This document shows positions 26,406-35,591 of a stretch of DNA of 64,000 nucleotides, piece after piece (positions within the stretch are counted from its first letter, which is position 1; each line of letters begins with the position of its first letter). The stretch covers positions 29,313 through 93,312 of the forward strand of contig JAUIJL010000005.1 of assembly GCA_030431255.1 (NCBI GenBank). Reading direction: 5' to 3'. The notes beneath the pieces were generated by a model, which was not told where the DNA came from, searched no databases, and saw only the letters and a list, made by a program, of their open reading frames with translations. Source of the DNA: Thermoanaerobaculia bacterium (lineage in GTDB: Bacteria; Acidobacteriota; Thermoanaerobaculia; Multivoradales; J023). Position numbers and translations under genes: made by a program.

Positions 26406-29036
26406 TCAGAATTGGATGATTCGAGGCGTGATGAAGATCATCAGCTCGTTGTTGTCGTCACTACGATTGCGGTTCTTAAACAGGTGCCCGAGAATCGGCA
26501 CCCTCGCCAGGCCGGGGACCCGGTCTTGGCTTTGGTTCGACGACACCTCGTAGATACCGCCGATGACCGCGGTCGCACCATCGCGCACACGAACTTTGGT
26601 TCTCGCGTCTCGGGTGGAGATCGGAGCACCGCTGGCGCCTACGAAGAGCAAGCCGAGCTGCGGAATTCGCTTGGCGACGTTGATGTTGAGCACCACGGTT
26701 CCGTCCGCCGCGACCTGTGGGGTGACCCGCAAGCGCAGGGTGGCGTTGACGAATTGAACCGAAACGGTTCGATCCGACACGGTTTGGATCGGGATCTGAA
26801 CGCCACTTTGGATAGAAGCAGAGTTGTTGTTGAGGGTCGTGATCCGCGGCGCCGAAACGATGTTGATCAGACCTTCGGCTTCCGCCGCCACCAGCTGGGC
26901 ATTCAACCGGAACGTGTCCAGAATGTTGCCCATGGCGAAATTCAAGAAGCCGGTGGAGCCACCCGTGATCAAGCCGACGCCACCGTCACCGCTGACGTTA
27001 TTCGGGAATTGAAGACCCGTGGTGTTGCCGTTCTGATTGTTGGCGGTGAAGTTGAAGCCCCATGCAATACCCAGAGATCGGCTGAAGCTCTTGGTCGCCT
27101 CGACGATCCGCGCCTCGATAGTCACCTGTGGCGACGGGGTATCCAAGCTGTCGATCACCGCCAGCACCGTGTCGATGTTGTCCGGCAGCTCGCGGATGAT
27201 CAGGGTGTTGGTCCGGGAGTCGACCTGGACCGATCCCCGGCGGCTGAGGATGTTGCCGGAGCGGCTGCGCAGCAGCCGGGCGGTGGTTCCGGCGCGCGCG
27301 TAGCTCAGGCTGCGCATCACCGTCCGCAAGGGAATGGACTTTTGACGGGCCCGGCGCAGCCGACGCTGCTCTTCAGCTTCCTGACGCAGCTTCTTGGTCG
27401 GAGCGATGCGGACGATGGTGCCGTCGATATCCATGCCCAAGTTGTTGATCTTCAGGATCTGCTCCATCGCCTGATCCCAGGGCACGCCCTTGAGCTCAAC
27501 GGTCACCGTGCCGCGAACGCCGGGTTGGATGACGAAGTTGAGATCGCTGATCTTGGCGAACGAGCGAAGGGTCTCCACCAAGTCCGCATTCTTCAGCGAC
27601 ATGCTGATCGGATCACCGACGTATTCCCGCTCCTGGCGGCTCACCACCAGGGGGCCGAAGGATTCGAGCAATCGTTCCTGCTTGGTGCGCCCCTGGTCGT
27701 CGAGCTCTACATTCTGAGCTTCGAAGAGGGAGACGTCCCCCGCTACCCTGCCGTTCCCTGAAATCTCGATCGGCGGGGGCTCGTAGGCGTCCGCGGCAGG
27801 CGTAGGCTCGGCAGAAGGCGACGGTGTCCATTCGGCGACCGCGGTGGTCTCCTGGGGAGCCACCACAGGCTCGTAGACATCCTCTACCTCGGGCTGGGCC
27901 TCGAAAGAATCGACGCTACCCGCGCCCGAAGCACCGGTATCGTCCATCCCAGCAACGACCTCGACCGGCTCGGGCTCCGGTTCCATCTCCTGGGTCATGG
28001 GCTCTGCTAGGGTCTCGGCGCTCGCCATCTCAGCAGCGGCGCTGTCACCGAAGCTCACCAGCATGCCATCGGCGGTACGGCTGATGCTCGGCACGGAGAA
28101 GTTGTGTAGGTCGAAAACCACTCGCGAGACCGGCTCGGGGCGCGGCTTAAACTGACCGACCCGGATTTGGTCGACGTCGGAGCTGCCGACGCGAACTGTG
28201 GAGCTGGCTCCGGTGTTGACGACACCGGTCAGATCCACCACAAAGCGGTCCGGATTCTCGAGGCGGAAAGTCGAGTAGGTGAAGTCACCATCACCGCTGA
28301 TCTGCACCACGGTTGAGCTGCCGGCGCTCAGCACCTCGACACCGTAGAGCTGGGAGGCGGTGACGCCTTGGGGCGAAGGTCCGAGCTGCGGAGCCTCGGG
28401 GGTTCCATAGGTCTGCGGCACTGCGGCAGAAGCGACTGGTGGCGGCGCTGCCACTGGATCGGCCGCCATGGGCTCGGAATCGGCCACCAAGGTTTCGACC
28501 TCGGGCTCGTCGATGGGCTCATAAGCTAGGGTCACGTCCTGAGCGCTGTCGATGGGCAGCAGCTCCAGACGCAAGATGTTGCCGTCGCCGGTGAGGGAGT
28601 GCTCACTCGCGGAGCTGGTACGAACCACGAATCGGGTCAGCGGACGCTCGGCGTCGTCCAGACGCTCGATCTCGATGTCGCTGACCAAGCCATCGGCGGT
28701 GGCTTTAGGGCTCACTGCGGCGCCTGCCAGGCTGTTGGGTAGCTCGACGACAAGGTCACCGTCGGGATTCCTGAAGCTGGTCCAGACCAGCGGGCGATCG
28801 GCAACCAATTCAATCGACGCGCTCCGGCCGTCGTCGTCGACGCGAAGATCGTCGATATTCGCCGGGGTCCGAACCTGGGCCGTAACCCCCGCGTTCGACG
28901 ACTGCGCCCCTGACTGCGCGCTGACGTCAGCTCGCTGCCGCTTGGCAGAAGAGCACCCAACATGAATGATCAGCAGAGCCATCGCGGCCGCCATGGCCAA
29001 ACGTTGACTGCTTCTCTTCTCCTTGCTCTTGCCCAT
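26406..29036 (-). CDS. pilQ: Type IV pilus secretin PilQ, with N-terminal AMIN domains
   Basis: C-terminal secretin domain (NIVSAPRITTLNNNSASIQSG...VPGLARVPILGHLFKN...ELMIFITPRII). N0/N1 domains and AMIN-like beta-sandwiches. Acidic, proline-rich linker. Confidence 0.9.
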   Translation of the reverse strand: MGKSKEKRSSQRLAMAAAMALLIIHVGCSSAKRQRADVSAQSGAQSSNAGVTAQVRTPANIDDLRVDDDGRSASIELVADRPLVWTSFRNPDGDLVVELPNSLAGAAVSPKATADGLVSDIEIERLDDAERPLTRFVVRTSSASEHSLTGDGNILRLELLPIDSAQDVTLAYEPIDEPEVETLVADSEPMAADPVAAPPPVASAAVPQTYGTPEAPQLGPSPQGVTASQLYGVEVLSAGSSTVVQISGDGDFTYSTFRLENPDRFVVDLTGVVNTGASSTVRVGSSDVDQIRVGQFKPRPEPVSRVVFDLHNFSVPSISRTADGMLVSFGDSAAAEMASAETLAEPMTQEMEPEPEPVEVVAGMDDTGASGAGSVDSFEAQPEVEDVYEPVVAPQETTAVAEWTPSPSAEPTPAADAYEPPPIEISGNGRVAGDVSLFEAQNVELDDQGRTKQERLLESFGPLVVSRQEREYVGDPISMSLKNADLVETLRSFAKISDLNFVIQPGVRGTVTVELKGVPWDQAMEQILKINNLGMDIDGTIVRIAPTKKLRQEAEEQRRLRRARQKSIPLRTVMRSLSYARAGTTARLLRSRSGNILSRRGSVQVDSRTNTLIIRELPDNIDTVLAVIDSLDTPSPQVTIEARIVEATKSFSRSLGIAWGFNFTANNQNGNTTGLQFPNNVSGDGGVGLITGGSTGFLNFAMGNILDTFRLNAQLVAAEAEGLINIVSAPRITTLNNNSASIQSGVQIPIQTVSDRTVSVQFVNATLRLRVTPQVAADGTVVLNINVAKRIPQLGLLFVGASGAPISTRDARTKVRVRDGATAVIGGIYEVSSNQSQDRVPGLARVPILGHLFKNRNRSDDNNELMIFITPRIIQF

Positions 29037-29188
29037 GTCCAAATCGCCTCCGACGGATTGCCTAGAACGGATTTGCTCTAAGGTCGGTCCGCTTGGGTTT
29101 CCCATTCGATCGATTCCTCAGTCCTATTCGGACGGTTCCTACCGTCCCTTCTAAGGACGGTTTCCACCGTCTCCTCTACGGACGGTAA

Positions 29189-29836
29189 TTACCGTCGCGA
29201 CGGGTACAGCCTCTTGACCACCTCGCGGAAGGGCTTCAAAGCAGTGGGGTCGTTGACACTCTGCTTGAAGACCACCTCACCTAGGGTGATTCTCACCACG
29301 TCGCCGTCCCAGAGCTCATCTCCGGGACGCAACAGAAAGCTCGTTCGTTCACTGGCGGACTTAACTTGTGCAACCGGCCCGTCATCCAAAATGAAAATGC
29401 CTTCGATCCGAAGCTCGGCGATCAACAAACCCGGAATGCCGTCCGGTCTCTCCCGCCGACCATCGTTCTTTCGTCGCTTTCTCAACAACGAGCGGAAAGG
29501 ATCTCGTCGGGCTCCGGGATCGTAGGTGAAGGCGTCCGGTGAGGACAGCACCTCTTCATCCATCGCCAGGAGGTCGTCCACAGCGCCGAAATCGATGGCT
29601 TCGCCATCCACAACCGCACCGTCGGAGTCACCGTCCTCTTCGTCCGAAATCTCCGCGTCTGTATCGTCTACGTCGACGAGCTCCGCATCCGAATCGTCAT
29701 CGGCAGCCGAGAAGTCGTCGTCTTGGGCCGCAGCCAACGGTACCCAAAACAGACATAGAAGCAGGAATGCGAAAACGGACGAAGCCACCCGGAAAGGGGC
29801 AAGCTCGACCGTCCGAGAAGGCAGATGGGTGCTCAC
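29189..29836 (-). CDS. pilP: Type IV pilus assembly lipoprotein PilP
   Basis: Position in the pilMNOPQ order. Signal peptide, acidic linker, C-terminal PilP beta-domain (DPFRSLL...). Confidence 0.7.
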   Translation of the reverse strand: MSTHLPSRTVELAPFRVASSVFAFLLLCLFWVPLAAAQDDDFSAADDDSDAELVDVDDTDAEISDEEDGDSDGAVVDGEAIDFGAVDDLLAMDEEVLSSPDAFTYDPGARRDPFRSLLRKRRKNDGRRERPDGIPGLLIAELRIEGIFILDDGPVAQVKSASERTSFLLRPGDELWDGDVVRITLGEVVFKQSVNDPTALKPFREVVKRLYPSRR

Positions 29837-30435
29837 GCCTCATCCTCCTCGTTCTCGTTTCCCTGGTCGCGATCAATGTAGAGGAACGTCTTCATCGTGA
29901 ATGTCGCGGAGATGGTTTGGTTACGCCGCTTTTTCCCACGTTTGGCCTTGATGCTCAGCTTGTCGACGTTGATGATGCGCGAGAATCGGGAGACTCGATC
30001 GAAGAAGAGCGCCAGGTTGTGGTACGAGCCGGTGAGCCGGACTTGAATGGGCCACTCGTAGTAGAACTCGCGCTCCGACCGACGCCGAGGAGTGAAGCTG
30101 AGCAAGGTGAAGTCTCCCTGCTCCGTCAATGTGCGGATCCGGCGCAGCAGATCTTGGGTCTTGCGCTGAGCCGGCAACACCTTGAGCAGCTTGTCGAGCT
30201 CCAGCTGCAGGCGGCTGACCTCTTCTCGGAATTGAGGAAGGCTCTTCTGTGCCGTGCGACCCTCGTTGATCTTCTTCTCGAGCTTGGTGAGATTCTTCTT
30301 CTTCTTGACGATTTCCTTTTTCAAGGAAGTCACGGCCGTCGCATGGATGAGAAACACCAAGATCCCGGTGATCACCACGGCAACCGCCGCTGAGATGTAC
30401 CAAGGCTTACCTTCTAGACCTGTTTGTACCGCCAT
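29833..30435 (-). CDS. pilO: Type IV pilus assembly protein PilO
   Basis: Single N-terminal TM, coiled-coil, C-terminal ferredoxin-like domain. Operon position. Confidence 0.75.
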   Translation of the reverse strand: MAVQTGLEGKPWYISAAVAVVITGILVFLIHATAVTSLKKEIVKKKKNLTKLEKKINEGRTAQKSLPQFREEVSRLQLELDKLLKVLPAQRKTQDLLRRIRTLTEQGDFTLLSFTPRRRSEREFYYEWPIQVRLTGSYHNLALFFDRVSRFSRIINVDKLSIKAKRGKKRRNQTISATFTMKTFLYIDRDQGNENEEDEA

Positions 30436-30452
30436 TTCTTCTCTCCTAGATC

Positions 30453-31061
30453 TCAGGTCTCGTCCGCTTGGGTGGCGTCTTCACCAGAAGGAGGTGGCTT
30501 GGGAAGCTGGAACCGGAAGTTGATTTGGAAGGTGTAGGTATTCCTTTTCGCCCTTCGCACATTGCGGGTATCCGGCTCCTTGAACTCGGGCACCAAGCTG
30601 AGGTTCTCGATGAACGTGGCGATGGCATTGGTATTCAGAGCTTGACCCGAGAGTCGGACCCGCTTACCTCTCACGTTCATGGATTTCAGCCAGACCAGAT
30701 CGGGCAACGCCCGAGACACCCTATCCATGAGATGAACCGGCCCGCGCCGTTTCGCCGTCAGCTCGTTGATCAGATCGATTTTGGTGTTCAGTCGGCGACG
30801 TTTCCGTTTGAAGACTCGAACCTCTTTGAGAATCGGCTTGAGCTCTTTGACCTCCGCGCGAGCCCGCCTGATATCCGACTGCAGACTCTTGAGCTCGGAG
30901 TTGACGACCAACCACCAGCACAGGCCGACCAACAGGCCGACGACCACTCCGGCAGCGAGGATATAGATCGAGGGATCCTGTTCCCCGATATTGATCCGGG
31001 ATTTGGCTTTCCGGGCGACAACCGGCCGGCGGCCTTCGGAAATGAGATTAATACGGATCAT
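30453..31061 (-). CDS. pilN: Type IV pilus assembly protein PilN
   Basis: N-terminal MIRINL PilN signature, single TM, coiled-coil. Confidence 0.8.
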   Translation of the reverse strand: MIRINLISEGRRPVVARKAKSRINIGEQDPSIYILAAGVVVGLLVGLCWWLVVNSELKSLQSDIRRARAEVKELKPILKEVRVFKRKRRRLNTKIDLINELTAKRRGPVHLMDRVSRALPDLVWLKSMNVRGKRVRLSGQALNTNAIATFIENLSLVPEFKEPDTRNVRRAKRNTYTFQINFRFQLPKPPPSGEDATQADET

Positions 31062-31064
31062 GGT

Positions 31065-32156
31065 TTAGTCACCTACCCGGCGGATCGCCAATCCCACCGA
31101 CACCGCCAGCATCGGCGCGATGGCTTCTAAATAGTCGGGATCGAAATCTTTGTAGCTCACTTTGCGCAGGGGATTCAGCAGCTCTGTCGGAACACCGAAT
31201 CGCTCTCGGAGCACTTCGAGAAGATTCGCCGTCAATGCGCAGCCCCCGGAAAGCACCAACTCATCGACCGCGCCCTCACTCGAGGTGGCGCTGAAGAAGT
31301 CGAAGGTCTTTTGGATCTCGTTGGCCATTTCCTCAGAGACGTTGTCGAGCACCCGACGAGCGTCGGCCGCTGAATAGGAGCCGACGGTCTCACCGCGCTT
31401 GAGCAGCTCGGCTTGGTCGAAGGAGAGGTTGAACTCGCGCTGAAGGGCTTCGGTGAATTGATTGCCACCGAAGGAGATATCGCGCCAGAAGACGCTGCTT
31501 CCGCGAACCACCATGTTGATGTTGGTGACGCCCGCACCCATGTTGATCAGCGCGACGTTTTTCAGCGGATCGAGATCGTAATTGAGCTCGTAGGCGTTCT
31601 GGATGGCGAAGGCGTCGATATCGACGATGACCGGGGACTTGCCGCTCTGGGAGATGACCGACACGTAGTCGTTGACTTTCTCTCGCTTCACGGCCACCAG
31701 CAGCACTTCCATCTCTTCCTGGCCGTGCTCGGCCTCGCCAAGGGTCACATAGTCGAGCCGGACGTCGTTGATGTCGAAGGGAATATGCTGCTCGGCTTCC
31801 CATTGAATCGACTCGTCGAGCTCGTCGGGCGACATCTGGGGAAGCTCGATCTTTTTGATAATCACCGAGTGACCCGAGACCGACGTCGCGAAGTTGGCGC
31901 TCTTGACCTTGGCGGTTTCGTTCAGCTTCTGGATCGCATCGACCACCAATGAGGAGTCCATGATCGAGCCATCGACGATCGCCTCGGGAGACAGCGGCTC
32001 AATTCCAATGCGTTGCAGCTGGTATTGCCCGCCTTTCTTCTCTTTCAGCTCGATGAGCTTAATCGTAGCGCTGCCGATGTCTAGACCGACGACTCCTTTG
32101 GAGCGAGCGAAAAACACTGATCGCGTGCCTCTTTGGTCGTTGGGCGGCGGCCCCAT
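31065..32156 (-). CDS. pilM: Type IV pilus assembly ATPase-fold protein PilM (actin/FtsA-like)
   Basis: VGLDIGSATIKLIEL phosphate-1 motif, FtsA-like fold. Start taken at Met31. AT-rich promoter-like region upstream (32250-32460). Confidence 0.85.
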   Translation of the reverse strand: MGPPPNDQRGTRSVFFARSKGVVGLDIGSATIKLIELKEKKGGQYQLQRIGIEPLSPEAIVDGSIMDSSLVVDAIQKLNETAKVKSANFATSVSGHSVIIKKIELPQMSPDELDESIQWEAEQHIPFDINDVRLDYVTLGEAEHGQEEMEVLLVAVKREKVNDYVSVISQSGKSPVIVDIDAFAIQNAYELNYDLDPLKNVALINMGAGVTNINMVVRGSSVFWRDISFGGNQFTEALQREFNLSFDQAELLKRGETVGSYSAADARRVLDNVSEEMANEIQKTFDFFSATSSEGAVDELVLSGGCALTANLLEVLRERFGVPTELLNPLRKVSYKDFDPDYLEAIAPMLAVSVGLAIRRVGD

Positions 32157-32466
32157 GCCGTGCCCGAAAAGACTGTATTGATGCCAACTTAACTCAATTC
32201 CTTCAAGCGTTTTGGGAGCGTAGCAGTCGGTCTCGCGCGGTGTCAAGATCGACTCATTCGCTTTTTGCTATATCCGGACACCTTTTGACGTAGCAATTTG
32301 CTCGAAAGCTCGGTTCCGGGCACCACATAAGGTATGACACCATTGCCACACTACAATATACAGTAGCCTGGCGACAAATTGGCTCACCGGCTCGGCGAGG
32401 CTGCCATTTTGATCAAGAAAACTTCGAGCTGGGAGCACCGACCCCCTTGGATGGGGCCCGTAATCG

Positions 32467-34695
32467 TCACTTCCTCCTGGACGAGGATCGCACGGAGCTG
32501 CGCATCTCGCGCATGACTCGGATGACCCCCTCCAGGGACTCGAAAGCCGTGCACATGCGGTCCAGGTGCTTGCGGTTGCGCACCTCGACCACGAAGGTGA
32601 TCAACCCTCGTCCGGTCTCGGTATCGGCTTCGAATTGGCGGATGTTGCTTCCTTCCTTGGCGATGACTTCCGTCAGGCGCGCCAACATCCCCTTCTGGTC
32701 TTCGGTTTCCAGGGTCAAGGAAACCGGGAAGAACTGCCCCGAGCTGGGCTGTCGTGCCCACTCCACCTCGATCAGGCGGCTTTCATCGAATGACAAGGTC
32801 TTGAGATTGGGGCATTCCAAAGAATGGACGGTGATGCCCCGACCACGGGTCACATAGCCCATCAAGTCGTCGCCGGGCACCGGACGGCAGCATTTGGCCA
32901 GGCTGGCCATCAGGTCGCCATGGCCCTTGATGATCAGCGGACCTGCCCCGGTCACCCGATCGACGGCCCGGCGAATGGGTCCCGGCGGCTCGGGAGCGGG
33001 TGGGGTTTCCAGTTGTTGCTCGTCGAGCAACGCATCCAGAACTTGGCGATAGGAGACCCGCCCATAAGCCAGCCGATAGTAGAGATCGTCGAGCTTGGAG
33101 AGCCCTTCCCGCTGCAGATATTCCTCGAGCTTCGGGCCTGCCAGGACCTTCTTCGGTTGGAGACGCAGCTTGCGCAGCTCCCTCTCCATGATCTTTCGAC
33201 CGATGGCCTGGGCCTCTTCCTTTTGCTGGGTGTTGAGCCAGTGCCGAATTTTGCTGCGGGCCCGCGAGGTGGCGACGATGTTGAGCCAGTCGCGGCTCGG
33301 CCGACGTTGGGGAGAAGTGATGATCTCCACCATATCGCCGTTGGCTAGGGGAGTTTTGAGCGGCACCAACTTGCCGTTCACCCTCGCGCCGGTGCATTGG
33401 TGCCCGACATCGGTGTGGATGTGATAGGCAAAATCGAGCGGCGTGGCGCCTCGAGGGAAGCTGCTGACATCGCCTTTGGGGCTGAATACATACACTTCGT
33501 CCGGGTACAGATCTATCTTGAGCGCGGACAAGAACTCTCGTGGGTCTTTGACCTCTTTTTGCCATTCCAACAGCTGACGCAGCCAGAGGATATTCCGATC
33601 ATTGGAGCCTTGGCTCGAGCCCGCGCTCTTATATTGCCAATGGGCGGCGATCCCCTCTTCGGCGATCGTATCCATTTCCCGGGTTCGGATTTGGACCTCG
33701 AACGGCTGCCCTTTGCCCCCCACCACCGTGGTGTGCAGGGATTGATAGAGATTCGGCTTGGGCATCGCGATGTAATCTTTAAATCGGCCCGGAATCGGAC
33801 GCCAATTCTGATGCACCACTCCGAAGGCGGCGTAAGTATCCTTCAGGTCGTGGGTAATGATGCGAAACGCCAAGAAATCATAGAGCTGAGAAATATCGAT
33901 GCCTTGGCGTTGGAGCTTTCGAAAAATAGAGTAGTAGCGCTTGACCCGATAGCTGATTTCGGCATCGATATCGGCGGCGTCGAGGGCGTCTTTCAGGCGA
34001 CGTGCAATGCGTTGAAGCAGCCCGCGGGCGCTGCGCATCTTGTCGCGAACTTTGGTGTCGAGCTCGCCGAATTGACGCGGATAGCGAAAATAAAAAGCCA
34101 GGTCCTCGAGATCCCCCTGCACCCGCGACATACCGAGACGGGAGGCGATCGGCGAGTAGATCTCGAGGGTCTCACCGGCGATTCTGCGCTTTGCCTCCGG
34201 AGACATATGCTCCAAGGTCATCATATTGTGCAACCGGTCCGCCAGCTTGACGAGAATGACCCGCAAGTCCCGAGCGGAAGCCAAGATCATCTTGCGAAAG
34301 GTCTCGGCCTGAAGCTCATCCCGACGCACATACTCCGTCTTGCTGATTTTCGTCACGCCGTCCACCAGCTCGGCCACATCCTTGCCGAATTCCTTTTCGA
34401 GCACCGACTTGGTGGTCAGAGTGTCCTCCAGCACGTCGTGCAACAAGCCGACAGCGACACAAGTCTCATCAAACTTCAAATCAGCCAACAAATAGGCCAC
34501 GTAGATCGGATGGGTGACGTAAGGCTCGCCGGATTTACGCTTTTGATCCCGATGTTTTTCCTCGGTGAAATCGTAAACACTCTTGAGGAAAACTTCGTCA
34601 TACCCACGTCCATGGTGATTCAGCCGCTCGAAAATGGTTTCGAGATCGACCTTGCGCCGCGGACGCACCGGGGGTTTGGGGAGCTTCTTCGTCAT
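32467..34695 (-). CDS. relA/spoT: Bifunctional (p)ppGpp synthetase/hydrolase RelA/SpoT (Rel)
   Basis: HD hydrolase motif HDVLEDT. RelA_SpoT synthetase domain, TGS and ACT C-terminal domains. 742 aa. Confidence 0.9.
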   Translation of the reverse strand: MTKKLPKPPVRPRRKVDLETIFERLNHHGRGYDEVFLKSVYDFTEEKHRDQKRKSGEPYVTHPIYVAYLLADLKFDETCVAVGLLHDVLEDTLTTKSVLEKEFGKDVAELVDGVTKISKTEYVRRDELQAETFRKMILASARDLRVILVKLADRLHNMMTLEHMSPEAKRRIAGETLEIYSPIASRLGMSRVQGDLEDLAFYFRYPRQFGELDTKVRDKMRSARGLLQRIARRLKDALDAADIDAEISYRVKRYYSIFRKLQRQGIDISQLYDFLAFRIITHDLKDTYAAFGVVHQNWRPIPGRFKDYIAMPKPNLYQSLHTTVVGGKGQPFEVQIRTREMDTIAEEGIAAHWQYKSAGSSQGSNDRNILWLRQLLEWQKEVKDPREFLSALKIDLYPDEVYVFSPKGDVSSFPRGATPLDFAYHIHTDVGHQCTGARVNGKLVPLKTPLANGDMVEIITSPQRRPSRDWLNIVATSRARSKIRHWLNTQQKEEAQAIGRKIMERELRKLRLQPKKVLAGPKLEEYLQREGLSKLDDLYYRLAYGRVSYRQVLDALLDEQQLETPPAPEPPGPIRRAVDRVTGAGPLIIKGHGDLMASLAKCCRPVPGDDLMGYVTRGRGITVHSLECPNLKTLSFDESRLIEVEWARQPSSGQFFPVSLTLETEDQKGMLARLTEVIAKEGSNIRQFEADTETGRGLITFVVEVRNRKHLDRMCTAFESLEGVIRVMREMRSSVRSSSRRK

Positions 34696-34722
34696 CGATC
34701 GTGCCGAGGGAACGGGTTGGGA

Positions 34723-35382
34723 TCAGCCTCCGGCTTCGTCGGCGGCTTCGTCGACGGCCGGGGCGCTTTCGACGACCTCCAGCTCTCCAAGCACACTGAA
34801 GAGCTGTTCCGTCAAGCGCGCTTTAGAATCGTCCCCGGCTGGATAGTTGTAAACCATTCGCAGCTCGCGATCGCCTTTCGGATGGACGATGAAGATCGCC
34901 GTTTCTTCCAAAGTCCGACCGCCCTCGGTGTACTGCCCCCGGGAATAGAAGGCGGTGCCCAGCTGGGAGCCCAGCTCCCTTTGACCTTTGAACACACCGT
35001 CAGGGCGGGCTTCGAGATCCGCCTTATGGCGCTCGACCGCGGCGACCAGGTTGATGCCACCGGTTTCGGCTTCGGACTCGTGAATTCTGAGGGTGCCTTC
35101 GACTTGGGGATCGGCGGGCACCAGCTCGATGACCGAGCCCTCGTTGGAGCTCAGCTTGAAGAACGCGGGAACGTCCGCGACCGCCATGCCGAGCTCCGCA
35201 TTCTCCACCCGCTCGCCCTTCGCTGCTGCCTCCTCCGTCTGGGGCTCCTCGGTGGGAGCACAAGCCGACAAAGCGACGACGACCCATAAGATGGAGCTGA
35301 TTCTGGCCAGGGTGACGAGACTCGATCGGAAGGACGTAGACCGGACGGATGTAATCTTAAAGGACATCGAGAAAGAGAACAT
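34723..35382 (-). CDS. Hypothetical secreted (lipo)protein
   Basis: Hydrophobic N-terminus with Cys (ALSACAP). No recognisable domain. Exact start uncertain. Confidence 0.45.
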   Translation of the reverse strand: MFSFSMSFKITSVRSTSFRSSLVTLARISSILWVVVALSACAPTEEPQTEEAAAKGERVENAELGMAVADVPAFFKLSSNEGSVIELVPADPQVEGTLRIHESEAETGGINLVAAVERHKADLEARPDGVFKGQRELGSQLGTAFYSRGQYTEGGRTLEETAIFIVHPKGDRELRMVYNYPAGDDSKARLTEQLFSVLGELEVVESAPAVDEAADEAGG

Positions 35383-35591
35383 TGAGAAGCTCCACGTTGA
35401 TCTAAATTCTGAGCCCGGTTCGAGAGCGACAGACTACCCTACCGGTACCTTTTCGGCCCCTGCTCAAAGAAGCCGAGAATCATTTCGACCCGAATATACT
35501 TCAGTTTGAGCCGGTCTGCAGACTGTCGGAGGGCGGCCCTGGGGATAAGACACCAATCACCGAAGCCCGAGCTTGTCGCCGAAGCCCGGGG

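Noticed and set aside
26370-27761. 463-aa ORF antisense to pilQ
   Set aside because: Overlaps the secretin domain coding region and has no features.
32246-32467. AT-rich 220-bp gap between relA and pilM checked for tRNA/sRNA
   Set aside because: No cloverleaf-compatible acceptor/T-arm pattern was seen. It is more likely the pilM promoter region (AT-rich, tacaatat -10-like element).
33397-35289. 630-aa ORF antisense to relA/spoT and the downstream lipoprotein
   Set aside because: Spans two genes on the opposite strand and has no domain signatures.
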